Below, piece by piece: positions 25,176 through 32,066 of a stretch of DNA of 33,502 bases. The position numbers and the translations under genes are program-made. The notes beneath the pieces were generated by a model. It was not told the origin of the DNA and made no database searches. It was given only the letters and a program-made list of their open reading frames with translations. This DNA comes from a virus. The number at the start of each line of letters is the position of its first letter. Position 1 is the stretch's first letter. The stretch is taken from IMG/VR virus record IMGVR_UViG_3300005573_001597; one strand, written 5' to 3'.

Positions 25176-26834
25176 ATGGTTACTACTACAAGCGTTGGCA
25201 GTGGCAATTGGAGTGAGGCGGGTACTTGGAATAATGGTGTGCCTGCTAATGGTGACAGCGTTGTTATTGCCAGTGGGCATACGGTAGTTTTTGATGTTGA
25301 TGAGTCGGGGTTTGCTGCTGGGCTTGCAGGCTTAACTATCAATGGCACTTTGCGGTTTGCTGTTGCCGCTAACACGGTGCTTAAACTCGCCTGCTCGGTA
25401 GTGGGCACGGGCAGTTTGTACGTTGGAAACAGCGACGCCGACCCTATCCAGAACGCTTACACCGCAAAAATTCAGTTTAACGGCGCCTACGAAATCACAG
25501 GTTCGCTTGCTTCCGTGGCGTTTTACGGTCGGGTGCGTACTGGCGGTTTCCTTAGTAGACTAAACCAAGCCTACGGCATCGGTACGGCGACTATGGTTTT
25601 GAAGGATGAAGTTGAACTTGAAGCCAACGATGTAGTAAGTTTAGGCAGTCCAACTGCTGGGCAATACGCTGAGTTGCTTACTGTGCAAAGTTACACTTCA
25701 ACAACCAAAACGGTTGTTTTCACCGCTGGCTGTGCGGTTGCGCATGTAGAAAATGACTACTTAATGCTTATTACAAAAAATATCGTTTTAGAGAATATTC
25801 ATGCTTCCAGCAAGGCAGGGGCGCTAAGAAAAAGCGGCAGCACCGTTAAAGGCGTATTGTTTAAAGGTTTCAATCCTGGCCCGATCAGAGATATAACTGG
25901 CTGTAATATCGAGTTTTGCACGGGGCAAAACAACACCTATGGTGGCATCTCGTACTGGGGTTCTGGGCATACTATTAGCGGTTGCACGGGGCAAAACAAC
26001 ACCTATGGTGGCATCTCGTACTATGGTTCTGGGCATACTATTAGCGGTTGCACGGGGCAAAACAACACCTATGGTGGCATCTCGTACTATGGTTCTGGGC
26101 ATACTATTAGCGGTTGCACGGGGCAAAACAACACCAATGGTGGCATCTCGTACTATGGTTCTGGGCATACTATTAGCGGCTGGCTTGGCGGCGTAAACAC
26201 AGATGACCTTTATTATACGCAGTCTGCTACTTTGTTTGGCGGCACCTATCAAAGCACAAACTTTTTCACCAACGGATACAATGACGTTAGCCGATTGCAG
26301 CATCATACAGTTGAAGCTTTCGACTTTAATGGTGTAGCAGGCGATTATCGTGCGTGGTTGCGTGGCGGGAAAATTGCAAGCGACTTTGTTGTTAAGCCTG
26401 CTGGGGCTGCTCAAAGCTGGAAATTTATGTTGGAGAATGCCTCTTTTGCGGTGCATCGTAGTTTTGAGGTGCGAGTTGAGGCTGGGCAGACGCTTGTTTT
26501 GAGGGCGTTTGTGCGGAAAAGTGCTGTAATGGCGTATCAGCCTCGGCTGCAAATAGTTGATCCAGCGGCTGACCCGTTGATTTTAGCAGCGGCGCCTTTG
26601 GCTGAAACTTTAGCTGTTGGCGATGAGGTTGATGCGTGGCAGTTGTTGACGTTGCGGTATGTGGCGGTGCAATCGGGGGTTTTGTTGGTGCGGTTGTTGG
26701 CTAAGAATGCTTCGGGTAATGTTTGGTTCTGGCTGGATTGGCAGGGTGCACCAGTGTGGATTGACGTTGAGGGGCAGTTAGCGGTTAACCTAAAGCCGAT
26801 TGAGCCAGAAAATACGCTTGCGATTAAACTTTAG
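25176..26834 (+). CDS. Adhesin / receptor-binding protein: G8-like N-terminus, beta-helix repeats, C-terminal beta-sandwich
   Basis: SGNWSEAGTWNNGVPANGDSVVIASGHTVVFD; four 22-aa repeats CTGQNNTYGGISYYGSGHTISG; beta-rich C-terminus. Confidence 0.65.
   Translation: MVTTTSVGSGNWSEAGTWNNGVPANGDSVVIASGHTVVFDVDESGFAAGLAGLTINGTLRFAVAANTVLKLACSVVGTGSLYVGNSDADPIQNAYTAKIQFNGAYEITGSLASVAFYGRVRTGGFLSRLNQAYGIGTATMVLKDEVELEANDVVSLGSPTAGQYAELLTVQSYTSTTKTVVFTAGCAVAHVENDYLMLITKNIVLENIHASSKAGALRKSGSTVKGVLFKGFNPGPIRDITGCNIEFCTGQNNTYGGISYWGSGHTISGCTGQNNTYGGISYYGSGHTISGCTGQNNTYGGISYYGSGHTISGCTGQNNTNGGISYYGSGHTISGWLGGVNTDDLYYTQSATLFGGTYQSTNFFTNGYNDVSRLQHHTVEAFDFNGVAGDYRAWLRGGKIASDFVVKPAGAAQSWKFMLENASFAVHRSFEVRVEAGQTLVLRAFVRKSAVMAYQPRLQIVDPAADPLILAAAPLAETLAVGDEVDAWQLLTLRYVAVQSGVLLVRLLAKNASGNVWFWLDWQGAPVWIDVEGQLAVNLKPIEPENTLAIKL
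25917..26180 (+). repeat. 4 x 66-bp in-frame tandem repeat
   Basis: Units start at 25917, 25983, 26049, 26115; units 2 and 3 are identical, units 1 and 4 each differ from them by 2 nt. Confidence 0.97.
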
Positions 26835-26843
26835 CAGAGGTGA

Positions 26844-27146
26844 ATGTGTATGGATTTGCAGGTTTTACTCGGTCCCTTTTTCCCCTATGTCGTCAGCATC
26901 GTAATTACGCTGATGTACGCGACGCTGGGCAAGACATCGAGCGGGGAACCCTTCGACAGAAACAAGTTTCTTGCAACTTTGGGCGTGCAAGTGGCTGCAG
27001 TAATCAGCATCGGCTTTGCAGGTGAACCAACAATTACGGCGTTGGCGCCCTCGGTTGTCACAGTGCTGTTCATGAAGGCGTATAGTGTCGCAAAGCAGAA
27101 ACTCAAAGCCCCAGTATCGGCGGTTCCCAAAACTGCTGCTTCTTAG
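26844..27146 (+). CDS. Small multi-pass membrane protein, holin-like candidate
   Basis: GAGGTGA RBS; three hydrophobic segments around GEPFDRNKF; basic C-terminus; last gene of the late operon. Confidence 0.6.
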   Translation: MCMDLQVLLGPFFPYVVSIVITLMYATLGKTSSGEPFDRNKFLATLGVQVAAVISIGFAGEPTITALAPSVVTVLFMKAYSVAKQKLKAPVSAVPKTAAS

Positions 27147-27463
27147 CAGCTCTTCTCTTTTTTGATGAGTTGAAACTCGTAAACTGTGACTACTAGGTCG
27201 GGGTTGTAGTTGCCGTTAATTTGAATCCAGGCTTGGCGGAATTCGTCTATACTATTGAAGCCTTCTTTTTTTGCTTCTTTTTCGCTGATGCAGCATAGGG
27301 GCTGTCGGTATTTTTTGAGAATTTTTATGTAGCCTGCGGGTTTGGTGTAGCCGCTGCTGACGGGTTGGATGCTACCTACGGTGAATTGTTTGGGGCCTAG
27401 GCGGCGGGTTTGCGTTTTCTGACCGCTTAGGACTTTGGCGAGTAGGTCTGCTTTGAAAAGCAT
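27143..27463 (-). CDS. ASCH domain protein
   Basis: MLFKADLLAKVLSGQKTQTRR...AKKEGF...F...W...VTVYEF. Confidence 0.85.
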   Translation of the reverse strand: MLFKADLLAKVLSGQKTQTRRLGPKQFTVGSIQPVSSGYTKPAGYIKILKKYRQPLCCISEKEAKKEGFNSIDEFRQAWIQINGNYNPDLVVTVYEFQLIKKEKSC

Positions 27464-27465
27464 AT

Positions 27466-27570
27466 TTACCACACTACCGGGAAGGGTTCGAGAATTTCCG
27501 CTTTCGCTCTTTTGGCGATTTCCTTGAGCGGTAGCTGTTTGGTTTCTAAATATTTTAAACCTTCAAACAT
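27466..27570 (-). CDS. Microprotein (34 aa, not in ORF track)
   Basis: AGGTGA RBS before the ATG; MFEGLKYLETKQLPLKEIAKRAKAEILEPFPVVW; stop lies 2 nt before the ASCH ATG. Confidence 0.5.
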   Translation of the reverse strand: MFEGLKYLETKQLPLKEIAKRAKAEILEPFPVVW

Positions 27571-27636
27571 TTTTTTCACCTTTTCTTTTCCCCCAACTAG
27601 GCAAGCTAGTTGAGGCTGGAAAGAAACGTAAAATTT

Positions 27637-27863
27637 GGGACGGCTCTTATCGAGCGTTTAAAAGTCTAGTCTATCGTCTTTTTCTAGGCGTCTAGATAAG
27701 CTCGCGAAGTCTTCGCGAGAAAAAGTAAACTTTAGACGTTAGACGCTTACTCGAAACTACTCGCTTACTCGTCTAGAACTTAAGAGACTTCTAGAGGTTT
27801 CGCGAGCCTAGAGCGCTTAGTTTTTCTCGCTCGTTCGCGCTTTCTTTTTCGCTATTTCTTACT
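27637..27863. other. 227-nt CA/TG-free intergenic island with short palindromes and direct repeats
   Basis: Read base by base: no CA or TG step; 6 CTAG, 3 TCGCGA, inverted repeat CTCGCGAAG-T-CTTCGCGAG (27701-27719). Confidence 0.9.
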
Positions 27864-27876
27864 GTAATTTACAGTA
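27860..27876. promoter_or_regulatory. Operator 1: TACTGTAA-T-TTACAGTA
   Basis: Perfect inverted repeat abutting TTTATAAG (a leftward TATA-like box on the - strand). Confidence 0.75.
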
Positions 27877-27916
27877 TTTATAAGCTTTTGTCATGGAAAA
27901 CGAATAAAGCTTAAAT

Positions 27917-28105
27917 GTGAATCGAAACAATTATAGAACGGAGCTTGGTCGGTTGGGAAGCGACTATAAGTGCAAAAAATGCGGTTTTACGTTCCCCAAA
28001 AAAGGCGCCAATATCAGCGGCGGAGAGGGCTATCCCTATGGGCATCATGTACACTGCCCAAACTGCGATGCTGTGGTTGCCCAGTTTGTCAAAGTTGCTC
28101 AGTAA
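27917..28105 (+). CDS. Small zinc-finger protein
   Basis: CKKCG...HCPNC. Confidence 0.5.
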   Translation: MNRNNYRTELGRLGSDYKCKKCGFTFPKKGANISGGEGYPYGHHVHCPNCDAVVAQFVKVAQ

Positions 28106-28201
28106 TGTCGCTTTGGAGAACAGTATTATTTCTGTTGGGTCTAATACTTAGTTTTTAATTTCGAACAGGTTTATTTTGGGTTTATGAAGGTGTGCCTTTA
28201 G

Positions 28202-28384
28202 ATGAGTGAAAAAGAAATTGAGGTTAGGCAAGTCTCGCCTATCGTTTTTGAGCTTTCAATTCCTGAAGAACTATACGTTAAGCTTAAGGAGGCGGCTGAT
28301 TCTGGGGGGTTTGATTCTGTTGACTCCTTCGTTTCAAGGTCTCTTCTGCCAACTCATTTAGCCGATATATTACGTAGCCGTTGA
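28202..28384 (+). CDS. RHH (CopG-like) DNA-binding protein
   Basis: AGGTG RBS; FELSIPEELYVKLKEAADSGGFDSVDSFV strand-helix-G-helix pattern. Confidence 0.6.
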   Translation: MSEKEIEVRQVSPIVFELSIPEELYVKLKEAADSGGFDSVDSFVSRSLLPTHLADILRSR

Positions 28385-28499
28385 AGCTTGTGATTCCGTG
28401 TCGAACTAGCCACTCCTTTGACATGGCTTTGTAGTCTTTCATCAGGATGTCGTATGCTTCTTGCCTTACTGTGAAGTTCCGAAAACCTTTCGGGGGCAT
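28284..28499 (-). CDS. RHH-like DNA-binding protein (repressor candidate)
   Basis: GFRNFTVRQEAYDIL...HGITSFNGYV; N-terminus similar to 28706-28879. Confidence 0.65.
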   Translation of the reverse strand: MPPKGFRNFTVRQEAYDILMKDYKAMSKEWLVRHGITSFNGYVIYRLNELAEETLKRRSQQNQTPQNQPPP

Positions 28500-28536
28500 C
28501 TTAGGGTGTACCTTCTCGCGTTGTTTTCTTTTTTTA

Positions 28537-28553
28537 TACTGTAACTTACAGTA
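28537..28553. promoter_or_regulatory. Operator 2: TACTGTAA-C-TTACAGTA
   Basis: Perfect inverted repeat just downstream of a - strand TTAAATAT box (28567-28574). Confidence 0.75.
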
Positions 28554-28609
28554 AGATGTCCGAGTTATATTTAAGTTGTGGGGTATATTGCTGCATATTT
28601 GGGTATGAA

Positions 28610-28680
28610 TATATAACTACTGTAAACTACAGTAAGGCTTATATCTCGAGTGCTCGTAGGGAGTATATAACTACTGTAAA
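28610..28680 (+). promoter_or_regulatory. Operators 3 and 4 with tandem TATATAAC boxes
   Basis: 17-bp direct repeat TATATAACTACTGTAAA at 28610 and 28664; operator 3 at 28618-28634 (1 mismatch), half-site at 28672-28679. Confidence 0.75.
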
Positions 28681-28705
28681 ATGAGGTAAGAGGTGGGGAA
28701 AAGTA

Positions 28706-28879
28706 ATGCCTGTTCCAGGATACAAAAATATAACCGTAACCGAAGAGGTCTACGGTAAACTTGAAATTTTAGCAAAAGAGGACAACAGAAGCGTAAGCAA
28801 CGAAGCGGAACAATTAATCATCAATGCGGACAAAAACCGCCGAAAAACCCGAAAAAAGATAGCTTTGGAGGCGGAGTAA
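28706..28879 (+). CDS. RHH-like DNA-binding protein (57 aa, not in ORF track; Cro-like candidate)
   Basis: GAGGTG RBS; MPVPGYKNITVTEEVYGKLEILAKEDNRSVSNEAEQLI. Confidence 0.7.
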   Translation: MPVPGYKNITVTEEVYGKLEILAKEDNRSVSNEAEQLIINADKNRRKTRKKIALEAE

Positions 28880-28880
28880 C

Positions 28881-29174
28881 TTGCTTGCGGGGAATAGACT
28901 TGGCAGACATATTTCTGTCTCTGGGGAAAACAAGCCACGACCTACACCTTTTTCATGCTCTCCCTTCGTCCCCCGGAACTCCCAGACGCAAGCAGTACCC
29001 AGCGAACAAGCTAGTACCGGGTCTTATGATGCCTTGCTGAAAGCGGTTTGGTGCCCTATCTGCGGCGGAAAACTCACTGTGCAGGAGAAAGACGGAAAAA
29101 AGACGCTTGTTTGCAGTCGGCATGGCGAGATGAAGGTTTTCCTTGACCATGACCCGAAGGTTGGAGGTGAATAA
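28881..29174 (+). CDS. Zinc-ribbon protein
   Basis: WCPICGG...CSRHG; true start uncertain. Confidence 0.55.
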   Translation: MLAGNRLGRHISVSGENKPRPTPFSCSPFVPRNSQTQAVPSEQASTGSYDALLKAVWCPICGGKLTVQEKDGKKTLVCSRHGEMKVFLDHDPKVGGE

Positions 29175-29176
29175 GC

Positions 29177-29401
29177 TTGTCTGAAGAGGTAGTTTTAGAG
29201 TATGCCGGTAGTTCCGTTAGCAAGCGCAAAGACAAAGAAGGTAACATAGTTGAAGTCTACAAGGTTAAGCTGCAGGACGACAAAAAACGGTACACACTAA
29301 CCATCAGCGACGGCAGCGAGGCGCTTTTTGACAAGTATCCTGAAGACTGCGAAGTACCCATTCAACTGAACAAAAGCAGCCAAACTAAGCTGATGGAGTA
29401 A
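29177..29401 (+). CDS. Hypothetical beta-rich protein (74 aa)
   Basis: GGAGGTGA RBS then TTG start. Confidence 0.65.
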   Translation: MSEEVVLEYAGSSVSKRKDKEGNIVEVYKVKLQDDKKRYTLTISDGSEALFDKYPEDCEVPIQLNKSSQTKLME

Positions 29402-29407
29402 GCAAGC

Positions 29408-29803
29408 ATGGCTGAGCGAACTCTCAAGACAGCTGGGTGGCAGGCGCAGGCTAGACCCGCAGAGGGTAGAGAGTTAATTGAAAGTAGGCAGCTTATCCGC
29501 GAAGTTATCTTTAGTTTGCATCGCGAAAAAGCTGAGTTACTTGCTAAAATGGGTATGCCAGCTCAGCCTGTTCATCTTTCCCAGATTTTTAAGGAAATTG
29601 AAAGTCGCATAGCGCTTAGGCGCAGTTGCGGTTGCTGGCCTCATCCGCCGCATGAGAAGCGTTGGTGGGATCGCCGTGTAAACGAAACCGCCTGCCCAAG
29701 CTACTACGATGATGGCGTGCCTAAGATTGTGTCCGCGTCTGCGGGCTTGTACATGCCTAATCCTCTTTTATTCGCTAAAAAAACCGTGGAGGTCACTCAA
29801 TGA
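29408..29803 (+). CDS. Hypothetical protein (131 aa)
   Basis: In-operon ORF; ATGA overlap with the next gene. Confidence 0.65.
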   Translation: MAERTLKTAGWQAQARPAEGRELIESRQLIREVIFSLHREKAELLAKMGMPAQPVHLSQIFKEIESRIALRRSCGCWPHPPHEKRWWDRRVNETACPSYYDDGVPKIVSASAGLYMPNPLLFAKKTVEVTQ

Positions 29804-30060
29804 GTGCGTTTAATAAGACATTACCGCCTTGTGCGAAGTATAATTATGACTGCAAAAACTGTAATCACCCATTAATTCCGCAGTCGCCTAAAGGCCCGCT
29901 TGTGCCCTGTGACGGCACGATTCATTTTTGCCGTTTTGCCACACCCAGCACCACGACCCCAGCTTGTCCGCGGTATGACTTGCATAATTATGCTTGTACA
30001 CATGGTGGCGGGTCTTGCGCTGGATACAGAAAAAGGAGGCGTCTTAGTCATGCCTTTTAG
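29800..30060 (+). CDS. Cys/His-rich small protein
   Basis: CAKY..DCKNC, C..IHFC, CPRY...C...C. Confidence 0.55.
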   Translation: MSAFNKTLPPCAKYNYDCKNCNHPLIPQSPKGPLVPCDGTIHFCRFATPSTTTPACPRYDLHNYACTHGGGSCAGYRKRRRLSHAF

Positions 30061-30283
30061 TGTTGATTTTACAAAAGACCGACCGAAGGCTGTCATTAAA
30101 CTTCCAGGTTATTTAAAAGTAAGCTGTCAAAAAGCCGACTCCTGCAATAGTTCCTCGAAGCGGAAGCGTGGTTTCGTCTGTGGTAGCGACTTTAGCCATG
30201 ATGACCGTATGCAGAGCTGTGCGGAGTATTGCCGTTTATGCCGCGGCGTAGGCTATGGGGAGAGGGGAGGGTATCCAATTTGA
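30050..30283 (+). CDS. Cys-rich small protein
   Basis: GGAGG upstream of ATG 30050 (track start 29900); CAEYCRLCRG. Confidence 0.5.
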   Translation: MPFSVDFTKDRPKAVIKLPGYLKVSCQKADSCNSSSKRKRGFVCGSDFSHDDRMQSCAEYCRLCRGVGYGERGGYPI

Positions 30284-30690
30284 ATTTTGGTGACGTGCCA
30301 GAGTTGTCCAGAAAACAGAAGCTTTTGCTTATGATTTCAGGTCAGGCTTTTCTTAGATTCCAGCAACCCGATGGCTATCGTTTGCCTGTTGCGGTGTACG
30401 TGGTTAGGTGTTCTAAACATGGTTTATATTTGGATACTCCACATGGCTTCAATGGTTATTTTCAATGTAACGATTGCTTGGCTGAAGCGGTTGCCGAGAC
30501 TAAATCTGTTGTTGATCTCGGTTTTTGTCCTAGATGCAAGGATGTGATTCAGCCTGAGCATTCTGAGGGTTACGCAAGCCGACCTGTGGATGGCGTCCTG
30601 TTCTGTACCTTGTGTGCTTGGCATGCCGAGGGCGATCCAGCGGAGCGGAAGAGATGGGTAGAGTGGGCAAAGACGGAGGCTGCCAACTAA
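30280..30690 (+). CDS. Double zinc-ribbon protein
   Basis: TTG at 30280 overlaps the upstream TGA; CSKHG...CNDC and CPRC...CTLC. Confidence 0.6.
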   Translation: MNFGDVPELSRKQKLLLMISGQAFLRFQQPDGYRLPVAVYVVRCSKHGLYLDTPHGFNGYFQCNDCLAEAVAETKSVVDLGFCPRCKDVIQPEHSEGYASRPVDGVLFCTLCAWHAEGDPAERKRWVEWAKTEAAN

Positions 30691-31815
30691 ATGGGCTGGG
30701 ATTCTAAAACAATCATTTGGGGCGACCTCGGCGAAAGCTTCTGGCGTCGCTATGCTGAACTCTCCTATTATCAAAGGCGCCAATTTCTCCTAAAGTATGG
30801 CCTTCAATATGGCGACGTCCCCAAATGCAGAAAATGCAAAGCCGTCTTTCATCACTGCTACTGCAACGATGAGCAACACAAAGCTATCATAGCCGCTCAC
30901 AAGGCAGAATACAAAAAACCGTTCTCTGAGAAACTACGGCATTCTGAGGAGCTAGTCGCCAAAGTCTTAGAGGAGCATAAAGGCGAAAAAATCTATCTAG
31001 CCTACTCTGGCGGAATCGATAGTGAGTGCTGCGTCCGACTTTTCCAAGACGCCATCATAGACGGCAGAGTAACTCTCATTACGTCAGACACCCTCGTGGA
31101 CTTCCCAGAAACCCGTGCTAAATGGGTTGAATTGGAGCAAGAATTAGGCGTCAAAATCACCTTTGCCCGCCCTGACCCAGGCGTTTCCTATAAGACTATC
31201 ACCCGCTGCAAAGACTTGCCAGTTTACGCGAGGGCTGGAATCGACAAAGAGAAGCGCCGACCGACTGAGCTATGCTGCGAGGGATTAAAGAAGAAAAACA
31301 TGCGCAAATTGGAGAAAGGCGCTACTGTTCTTATTTTAGGCATCCGAGGCACCGAGAATCATAATCGCCGACTCAAAACTATCAGATACGGGGATTACTT
31401 TTTCGCTAAATCACACAAGCAATGGCACGTTTACCCTATCGCCTACTGGACTATTGAGGACGTCTGGGAATTCCAGAAGCTTCGAGGCTTTAGTTATAAT
31501 CGCCTTTACGACAAAACAAACTGCGGCAAAAAAGGGTTCTATCTGCTACCAAACGGTGAATACTATCAAATTAGAACTGGCTGTTGGCCGTGTCCTCAGT
31601 CAATCGACGGCGGCTATCTAATCTGGCTCAAAGAGTATTTCCCCAAGTTCTACGACGCCATGGTTAACAAGCTGGGCTTACGAGACCACGTTATTTGGGC
31701 GCATGTTCAAGCAGTAATGGGCAACCTACTGTCCAAACAGACGGAAATTTGCGGTGCGTTCGATTCGCTAGCTAGCAAACCTCGTAAGAAACGTTTGGAG
31801 GTTATCGCCCAATGA
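30691..31815 (+). CDS. PAPS/APS reductase family protein (CysH/DndC superfamily)
   Basis: YSGGIDS PP-loop, DTLVDFPET, CCEGLKK, GIRGTE, PIAYWT..DVW, RTGCWPCP. Confidence 0.88.
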   Translation: MGWDSKTIIWGDLGESFWRRYAELSYYQRRQFLLKYGLQYGDVPKCRKCKAVFHHCYCNDEQHKAIIAAHKAEYKKPFSEKLRHSEELVAKVLEEHKGEKIYLAYSGGIDSECCVRLFQDAIIDGRVTLITSDTLVDFPETRAKWVELEQELGVKITFARPDPGVSYKTITRCKDLPVYARAGIDKEKRRPTELCCEGLKKKNMRKLEKGATVLILGIRGTENHNRRLKTIRYGDYFFAKSHKQWHVYPIAYWTIEDVWEFQKLRGFSYNRLYDKTNCGKKGFYLLPNGEYYQIRTGCWPCPQSIDGGYLIWLKEYFPKFYDAMVNKLGLRDHVIWAHVQAVMGNLLSKQTEICGAFDSLASKPRKKRLEVIAQ

Positions 31816-32066
31816 TTCCTCGTGTGCCTCCTTACACGGCGGCGGGTTGGAAAGAACTGGCCTGCGCGACGGATAGTTGGGCGGATAGCGACCCGTTTGA
31901 GGAAACCAAATGGTTCCACATGCTAAACATTGTTCCGTCTGGATGGCAGGGGCAGGAGTTCCCAGATATTTTCAATGTAGTCATGGGCAAAGTTAAGCAG
32001 CCAAAGCCGCCTCGCCAACGAAAAGTAAAGGTGCGGCAAGCATCGTTAGAGGAGGCTTTTGCTTAA
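31812..32066 (+). CDS. Hypothetical protein (84 aa)
   Basis: ATGA and TAATG coupling on both sides. Confidence 0.6.
   Translation: MIPRVPPYTAAGWKELACATDSWADSDPFEETKWFHMLNIVPSGWQGQEFPDIFNVVMGKVKQPKPPRQRKVKVRQASLEEAFA

Noticed and set aside
25917-26180. Diversity-generating retroelement (AAC/TAT-rich repeats in a receptor-binding gene)
   Set aside because: No reverse transcriptase or separate template repeat in the window, and the differences are not confined to adenines.
25917-26180. CRISPR array
   Set aside because: Units are contiguous, in frame and have no unique spacers; I saw no repeat-spacer array or cas gene elsewhere.
28541-28548. Operator 2 read on the - strand (GTAAGTTA) resembles the late motif ATAAGTTA
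   Set aside because: One mismatch, explained by the operator's central base, and no matching TATA at the 4-nt spacing; probably coincidence.
30691-31815. Complete Dnd/Ssp phosphorothioation system
   Set aside because: No DndA/B/D/E or SspB/C-like genes recognised.
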